Assembly (NCBI GenBank): GCA_021811155.1
Contig: JAJZPO010000006.1
Span: 1-61,860, forward strand
DNA: 61,860 nt
Direction of reading: 5' to 3'
Origin: Bacillota bacterium
Lineage (GTDB): Bacteria; Bacillota; Desulfitobacteriia; Desulfitobacteriales; JAJXUE01
The notes below the pieces were generated by a model. It ran no database searches and was not told the DNA's origin. It worked only from the letters and a program-made list of their open reading frames with translations. Positions 56,845 to 61,860 of the stretch are shown here, piece after piece; the first letter of the stretch is position 1, and the number at the start of each line of letters is the position of its first letter. Both the position numbers and the translations under genes were made by a program.

Positions 56845-57324
56845 TTACAGGCTGTATTTCTTTTTTAAGGCCTCTTCCACTTCCGCTGGGACCAGGCCCT
56901 TGACCGACCCTCCCAGGCTAACCACCCACTTGATCGCGCTCGAACTGATAAAGGAATATTCGCTCTGGGTCATGAGAAACACAGTTTCAATCCCGGCATC
57001 GAGCTTCTTGTTCATCAGGGCCAGCTGAAATTCAAACTCGAAATCCGACATAGCCCTGAGCCCTCGGATCACGGCCACTGCCCCCACTCGCCTGGCATAT
57101 TCAATGGTCAGCCCCTCGAAGGTGTCCACCCTGACTTTCGCAAGCCCTGCAGTTACCCGGCGGAGCAGTTCCACCCTTTCCTCCACACTGAACAAAGGAG
57201 TCTTGGCGCTCTCTCTGGCAACTGCGATGATTACCTGGTCAAAAAGCCCCACTGCTCTGGCGAGAACATCCAAGTGGCCTGAGGTAACAGGATCAAAAGT
57301 CCCCGGGTAAATGGCTATTGACAT
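56845..57324 (-). CDS. coaD: Phosphopantetheine adenylyltransferase
   Basis: AIYPGTFDPVTSGH, RGLRAMSDFEFE, FISSS. Confidence 0.96.
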   Translation of the reverse strand: MSIAIYPGTFDPVTSGHLDVLARAVGLFDQVIIAVARESAKTPLFSVEERVELLRRVTAGLAKVRVDTFEGLTIEYARRVGAVAVIRGLRAMSDFEFEFQLALMNKKLDAGIETVFLMTQSEYSFISSSAIKWVVSLGGSVKGLVPAEVEEALKKKYSL

Positions 57325-57350
57325 CTCATCACCCCGCTTTGGGTTTTCCT

Positions 57351-60300
57351 CTAAGCCTTGATTTTCAGGCTTTCCGGGCCCCAGGTGTCAATTATCTCCT
57401 GTTCCAGCTCCCGGCAAATTTCCACCCACAGGTCCTCCTTGGCTCTGATTACTTTGTTGTCCGGTTCAAAATACAAGTAGACGGGTACCTTGCCCGGAAA
57501 CCTCTTCAACACTTGTTGGACCCGGTCTGCTCCGGACAGGTCGCGGCTGAAAAAGGGCAGCTTGATAAACAATCTGGCTTCGCCTGCCTGAGGCATGGGG
57601 TTTTCTGCCCCGCTAGAGGCCCGTTCCGCCAGCGCCTCGGCCAGGGGCCGAATTCTTTCAGCAAAAACCCTGTATTCTTCCTCGTTGCGCGCCAGGCGGC
57701 CTTCCAATACTATCAGGCTGTCGTCAGCAACCAGAGAGCCAAATTGCAGGAAGACGCGTGGAAAAACCAGTACTTCCACAGCGGAATTGATGTCTTCCAG
57801 CTTAAAATAGGCCATGGCTTCGCCCTTTTTGGTGACAGTTTTGCGGCTGGCGGTAATCACCCCGGCCAGAACAAGTTTGCACTCATCCTCAGCCTGGACC
57901 AGGTCAGTTGCGCTGTGGGAGACAATCTGCTCCAACCGGCCGGAGAACTCCCTCAGGGGGTGACCGCTTAGATACAGCCCCAGCAGTTCTTTCTCCATCG
58001 CCAGGACTTCCTTGCTGCCAAACTCCTCCACCTGGGGTATCTTTACCTGCACCGCCCCGGTCTGGCCCAAATCAAAGAGGGATATCTGCCCGCTGGCCAT
58101 ATCCCTTTGCCTGCTTTGGGCCACTTCCAGGCTGGGTTCCAGCATTTGCAGCAGCTGGGCCCGGTTGAGGCCCAGGGAATGAAAAGCGCCGCTTTTGATT
58201 AAACTTTCCAAAACCCGTTTGTTTAATACTTTGCCATCCACCCGCCCGCAAAAATCAGCCAGGGAGGAATAGGGCCCGCCGGAAGACCTTTCCGCGATCA
58301 CAGACTGGACCGCCCCGGCTCCGACGTTCTTAATCGCGGCCAGGCCAAACCTGATGCTCTTGCCGCTGATACTGAAGGTATGGTAGCTCTCGTTCACGTC
58401 CGGCGGCAGGATTTCTATTCCCATCTTGCGGCATTCCTCTATATAAAAGGATACTTTGTCAGACGACCCCATGACGCTGGTGAGCAGGGCTGCCATGAAT
58501 TCGAGGGGGTAATTGGCCTTCAGCCAGGCAGTCTGGTAGGAAATGACCGCATAGGCCGTAGCGTGGCCCTTGTTAAAACCGTACTCGGCAAACTTGGCCA
58601 TCAAATCAAAGATGGAGTCGGCCAGGTCCTCGGGCACCCCAAGCTTGACGGCGCCCGGGATGATCACCTCGCCGCCAGGGCTCTTCAAACCATGGACAAA
58701 GTTGCGCCTTTCCTCATCCATGATTTCCTTCTTCTTTTTACCCATGGCCCGCCGCAGCAAATCAGCTCGTCCCAGGGAATACCCGGCCAGGTCCCGGGCA
58801 ATCTGCATAACCTGTTCCTGGTAGACAATGATGCCGTAAGTATTGTGCAATATCTCTTCCAGTTTCGGGTGCAGGTATGAAATCGTGGCGCCGTGTTTGC
58901 GGCGGATAAATTCCGGTATCTGCTCCATAGGGCCGGGCCGGTAGAGGGCCAGCACGGCGATGATGTCCTCAAACACCGAGGGCTTCAGCTCTTTCAAAAT
59001 AGCGCGCATCCCCGAACTCTCCAGCTGAAATACTCCTGTTGTCTCACCCGCAGACAGGAGCCGGTAAGTCTCCCCGTCATCCATGGGGATTGAGCCGAGG
59101 TCAAGGGAAATCCCTTTATGCTCCCGCACCAGCCGGATTGTCTCATCGATGATAGTCAGGTTGCGCAGCCCCAGGAAGTCCATCTTCAAGAGGCCGATTT
59201 CCTCCACCGTCTTCATGGGAAACTGGGTTGTCACAAACCCGTCGGAGGTCTTCTGCAGGGGCAGGTAATTTGTTAAGGGCTCCTTGGCTATAACTACCCC
59301 GGCAGCATGGGTGGAGGCGTGCCTTGGCATGCCCTCCACTGCCATGGCCATATCCAGGAGTTCCCTGATCTCTTCCCTCTCCCTGCTCATAGCCGCTAAA
59401 TCGGGTGAAACCTCCAGGGCCCGCCTGATGGTCATGCCCAGTTCACTGGGAATCAGCTTGGCGACCTTGTCCACCAGGGCCAGGGGCAGCCCCAGTGCCC
59501 GGCCCACGTCCCGCACGGCGGCCTTGGCTGCCATAGTTCCGAAGGTAATAATCTGGGCCACCTTATCCGCCCCATACTTGTCCACCACATAGTTAATGAC
59601 TTTTTCCCGTCCTTCCGGGTCAAAGTCGATATCGATATCAGGCATGCTAACCCGTTCCGGATTCAGGAACCGCTCGAACAAAAGCCCGTACTGAAGCGGA
59701 TTTACAGTGGTGATGCCCAACAGGTAGGCCACCAGACTGCCCGCAGCCGACCCCCTACCCGGCCCCACCGTCACCCCGTTGTTCCTGGCGTAAGCGCAGA
59801 AATCGGCTACTATCAGGAAATAGCCTGAGAAGCCTGTTTGGGATATTATCCCCAGCTCATAATCCAGTCTCTGCCTGACCTCAGGCGTCCCCTCACCGAA
59901 ACAAAGTTTCAGGTTTTCACGGCATTTTCCTGCCAGGAATGAATCCAGTGTATGGCCTTCGGGTACGGTAAAATAGGGCAGATGGGACTGTCCGAAAGCA
60001 AAGTCCAAGCTGCAGCGCTCGGCAATCTTCAGCGTATTAGCCAGGGCCTCGGGGTAATCGCCAAAGAGCAGCTGCATCTCGGAAGCTGCTTTCAGGTAAA
60101 ATTCATCACTGGCAAAGCTCAGCCTGCCGGTGTCATTCACGCTACGCCCGGTCCCGATGCACAGGAGCACATCCTGTACCCTGGCGTCGCTTTGCTGCAC
60201 ATAGTGCAGGTCATTGGTAGCAACAAGGGGAATTCCCGTCTCCCTGCTGATTTCAATCAAAGCGCCGTTGATCTTGCGCTGCTCCGCCAGCCCGTGGTCC

Positions 60301-60854
60301 TGGAGTTCGAGAAAGAAATTGCCCGGTCCGAAAATCTCCTGATATTCCAAAGCCTTTTCCCGAGCCTTTTGAGCCTGGTCCCGGATAATCAGACTGGCAA
60401 CCTCGCCTGCCAGGCAGGCGCTCAGCGCGATAAGCCCCTGGCTGTGCCGCCGCAGCAGTTCCTTGTCCACCCTGGGCTTGTAGTAAAACCCCTCCAGGTA
60501 GGCCTGGGACACCAGCTGCAGCAAATTCCTGTACCCCTGTTCATTTTCCGCCAGAAGCACGAGGTGGTTCGGCGAATCATCCAGTTGGGGCGATTTGTCA
60601 AAGCGGCTGCGCGGCGCCACATACACTTCACAGCCCAAAATAGGCTTGATCCCCTGGCTTTTTGCCTCTTTATAAAATTCCAGCACCCCGTACATGACGC
60701 CATGGTCCGTAATGGCCAAAGCCTGCATTCCCTGTTCCCGGGCAGCGGCAATCAGCCGCCTGATCCGGGCAGCGCCGTCCAAGAGGCTGTATTCAGTATG
60801 TACATGCAAGTGAACAAACCCACCATTGGCAGCATATGTATTTTCAGACGCCAC
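57351..60854 (-). CDS. dnaE: DNA polymerase III alpha subunit
   Basis: PHP HLHVHTEYSLLDG, GPGRGSAAGS, MPDIDIDF, LLKMDFLGL, OB-fold C-terminus. Confidence 0.98.
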   Translation of the reverse strand: MASENTYAANGGFVHLHVHTEYSLLDGAARIRRLIAAAREQGMQALAITDHGVMYGVLEFYKEAKSQGIKPILGCEVYVAPRSRFDKSPQLDDSPNHLVLLAENEQGYRNLLQLVSQAYLEGFYYKPRVDKELLRRHSQGLIALSACLAGEVASLIIRDQAQKAREKALEYQEIFGPGNFFLELQDHGLAEQRKINGALIEISRETGIPLVATNDLHYVQQSDARVQDVLLCIGTGRSVNDTGRLSFASDEFYLKAASEMQLLFGDYPEALANTLKIAERCSLDFAFGQSHLPYFTVPEGHTLDSFLAGKCRENLKLCFGEGTPEVRQRLDYELGIISQTGFSGYFLIVADFCAYARNNGVTVGPGRGSAAGSLVAYLLGITTVNPLQYGLLFERFLNPERVSMPDIDIDFDPEGREKVINYVVDKYGADKVAQIITFGTMAAKAAVRDVGRALGLPLALVDKVAKLIPSELGMTIRRALEVSPDLAAMSREREEIRELLDMAMAVEGMPRHASTHAAGVVIAKEPLTNYLPLQKTSDGFVTTQFPMKTVEEIGLLKMDFLGLRNLTIIDETIRLVREHKGISLDLGSIPMDDGETYRLLSAGETTGVFQLESSGMRAILKELKPSVFEDIIAVLALYRPGPMEQIPEFIRRKHGATISYLHPKLEEILHNTYGIIVYQEQVMQIARDLAGYSLGRADLLRRAMGKKKKEIMDEERRNFVHGLKSPGGEVIIPGAVKLGVPEDLADSIFDLMAKFAEYGFNKGHATAYAVISYQTAWLKANYPLEFMAALLTSVMGSSDKVSFYIEECRKMGIEILPPDVNESYHTFSISGKSIRFGLAAIKNVGAGAVQSVIAERSSGGPYSSLADFCGRVDGKVLNKRVLESLIKSGAFHSLGLNRAQLLQMLEPSLEVAQSRQRDMASGQISLFDLGQTGAVQVKIPQVEEFGSKEVLAMEKELLGLYLSGHPLREFSGRLEQIVSHSATDLVQAEDECKLVLAGVITASRKTVTKKGEAMAYFKLEDINSAVEVLVFPRVFLQFGSLVADDSLIVLEGRLARNEEEYRVFAERIRPLAEALAERASSGAENPMPQAGEARLFIKLPFFSRDLSGADRVQQVLKRFPGKVPVYLYFEPDNKVIRAKEDLWVEICRELEQEIIDTWGPESLKIKA

Positions 60855-61048
60855 TGGGATTCAGCATCCTTCCCGCATTGGTATTATTAGCCTGCGGCAT
60901 TCGCTTTAGGAGTTAATTTTTCAAAGCAGGCACTTGGCCTTTGTAGTAATTGTAACAGCTTACTCACCGAATTTCTAACTACATTCTATTGTGCCACAAA
61001 ATTACCTATTTGGCTTGATTAAAACAAATACCTATAAAAACAATGAAG

Positions 61049-61077
61049 AGGGGTACGCTTTCTAAACCGTACCCCTT
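61049..61077 (-). terminator. Hairpin downstream of the lipoprotein gene
   Basis: AGGGGTACG...CGTACCCCT. Confidence 0.55.
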
Positions 61078-61087
61078 ATAGGTATTC

Positions 61088-61585
61088 TCATCTGGCTTTT
61101 TGCTCATAGACCACAGTTCCGGTGTTAAAATCTATGAAAAGTTGGTGGTAGGCTTCAGCTTCAGGAGATCTGACCCACCAGAATACATTACCGGCAGCAT
61201 CACGAAGTTCGTTATGAATATTTTCTTTGGCACTGGACGATACATAGATTAGCTGTACCTGGGCATCCCTAGCAAATCCTTTTTCCCGTGCTATACCCAG
61301 TGCTTTTTCCCGGGAAACTCCCTCATCAAGTGCTACAGAAAAAACTATATGATCGTCAACCCAGACCGCTTTGTGGATTCCAGATGAGTCAGTTCCAAAA
61401 ACCACTCTATATACTGGGCCTGCCGTTTCCATTTCAACGGTGGTTACTTGGGTTAGCCCAGCTTGTTTTGCGAGAGCAATACTGTCGGACTCAGATAGCA
61501 ATTTTGGCCCAACCATTTTACCACATCCTGGGATAACTAGACACAACGTCAATACTAGCGTTAATGTGGAAGAACGTATGTTCAT
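61088..61585 (-). CDS. Putative lipoprotein with PepSY-like repeats
   Basis: Signal ending LVIPGC; two units LSESDSIALAK... and VSREKALGIA...WWV...FIDFNTG. Confidence 0.6.
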   Translation of the reverse strand: MNIRSSTLTLVLTLCLVIPGCGKMVGPKLLSESDSIALAKQAGLTQVTTVEMETAGPVYRVVFGTDSSGIHKAVWVDDHIVFSVALDEGVSREKALGIAREKGFARDAQVQLIYVSSSAKENIHNELRDAAGNVFWWVRSPEAEAYHQLFIDFNTGTVVYEQKAR

Positions 61586-61860
61586 TGCGGGGTGTTTATC
61601 ACGCTAGAATTATAATCTAAATATTTGTTATTAGAAGTATCCCAGGTATCGTGAACAATAATCCAATCCTGATAATCGTCGAAACGGTAGCCCACACCTG
61701 CCATAGTATGGTTCTGATAAGTTGAACTTCCGAAAACGGAAGCAAGTATCGGTCTCCCAGCATAAATCTCGTTTGTATAGTCTGAGTAGGTTGAATAGGA
61801 CCGTCCGCTGCTATCATTGTAAGCCACCCAGTTCGGATACCCGTGGGTTAGAGCAGATCG
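61582..61860 (-). CDS. C-terminal part of a papain-fold (C39-like) cysteine peptidase; truncated by window edge
   Basis: Frame open to the window end; GRPILA...NHTMAGVGY...IIVHDTW His/Asp motifs. Confidence 0.62.
   Translation of the reverse strand, partial: RSALTHGYPNWVAYNDSSGRSYSTYSDYTNEIYAGRPILASVFGSSTYQNHTMAGVGYRFDDYQDWIIVHDTWDTSNNKYLDYNSSVINTPQ

Noticed and set aside
56730-56845. TRAP-binding (G/U)AG repeat array near mtrB or in the liv leader
   Set aside because: No run of regularly spaced GAG/UAG triplets was seen
53-60890. Many long antisense or alternate-frame ORFs (e.g. 53-988, 15420-16424, 48872-49918, 59952-60890)
   Set aside because: They shadow well-supported genes, show no recognisable motifs, and are expected from GC-rich codon bias

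Overview
Chromosomal segment of a GC-rich, probably spore-forming Firmicute (Clostridia-like gene content: ytaF, mtrB/TRAP, YjcZ-like peptides, sigma54 regulator). Mostly housekeeping genes: hom-thrC-thrB, gap, mgsA, coaE-ytaF-mutM, polA, dinB, tRNA-Leu(CAA), a liv ABC operon, pyk, galE, accDA, mtrB, coaD and dnaE. Accessory or uncharacterised blocks: (i) an 8-gene ABC + MoxR + DUF58 + two VWA envelope operon lying between polA and mutM behind an ECF-type promoter; (ii) a TyrR-like sigma54 activator with PheDH-like dehydrogenase, buk and ptb, with a readable -24/-12 promoter and two 18-bp boxes; (iii) a DUF294 nucleotidyltransferase/DEDDh exonuclease pair; (iv) a 2.8-kaa cyclic beta-1,2-glucan synthase; (v) a peptidase/PepSY-lipoprotein pair at the right edge. 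Signals missing from the ORF track: a stand-alone ~250-nt structured ncRNA candidate with a consensus sigmaA promoter and six UGUG motifs, a candidate Val/Leu/Ile leader-peptide attenuator ahead of liv, two small hydrophobic YjcZ-like ORFs, a two-gene deletion scar, and several families of palindromic or heptamer intergenic repeats, one showing covariation between copies. All calls come from reading motifs by eye; no database search was run.
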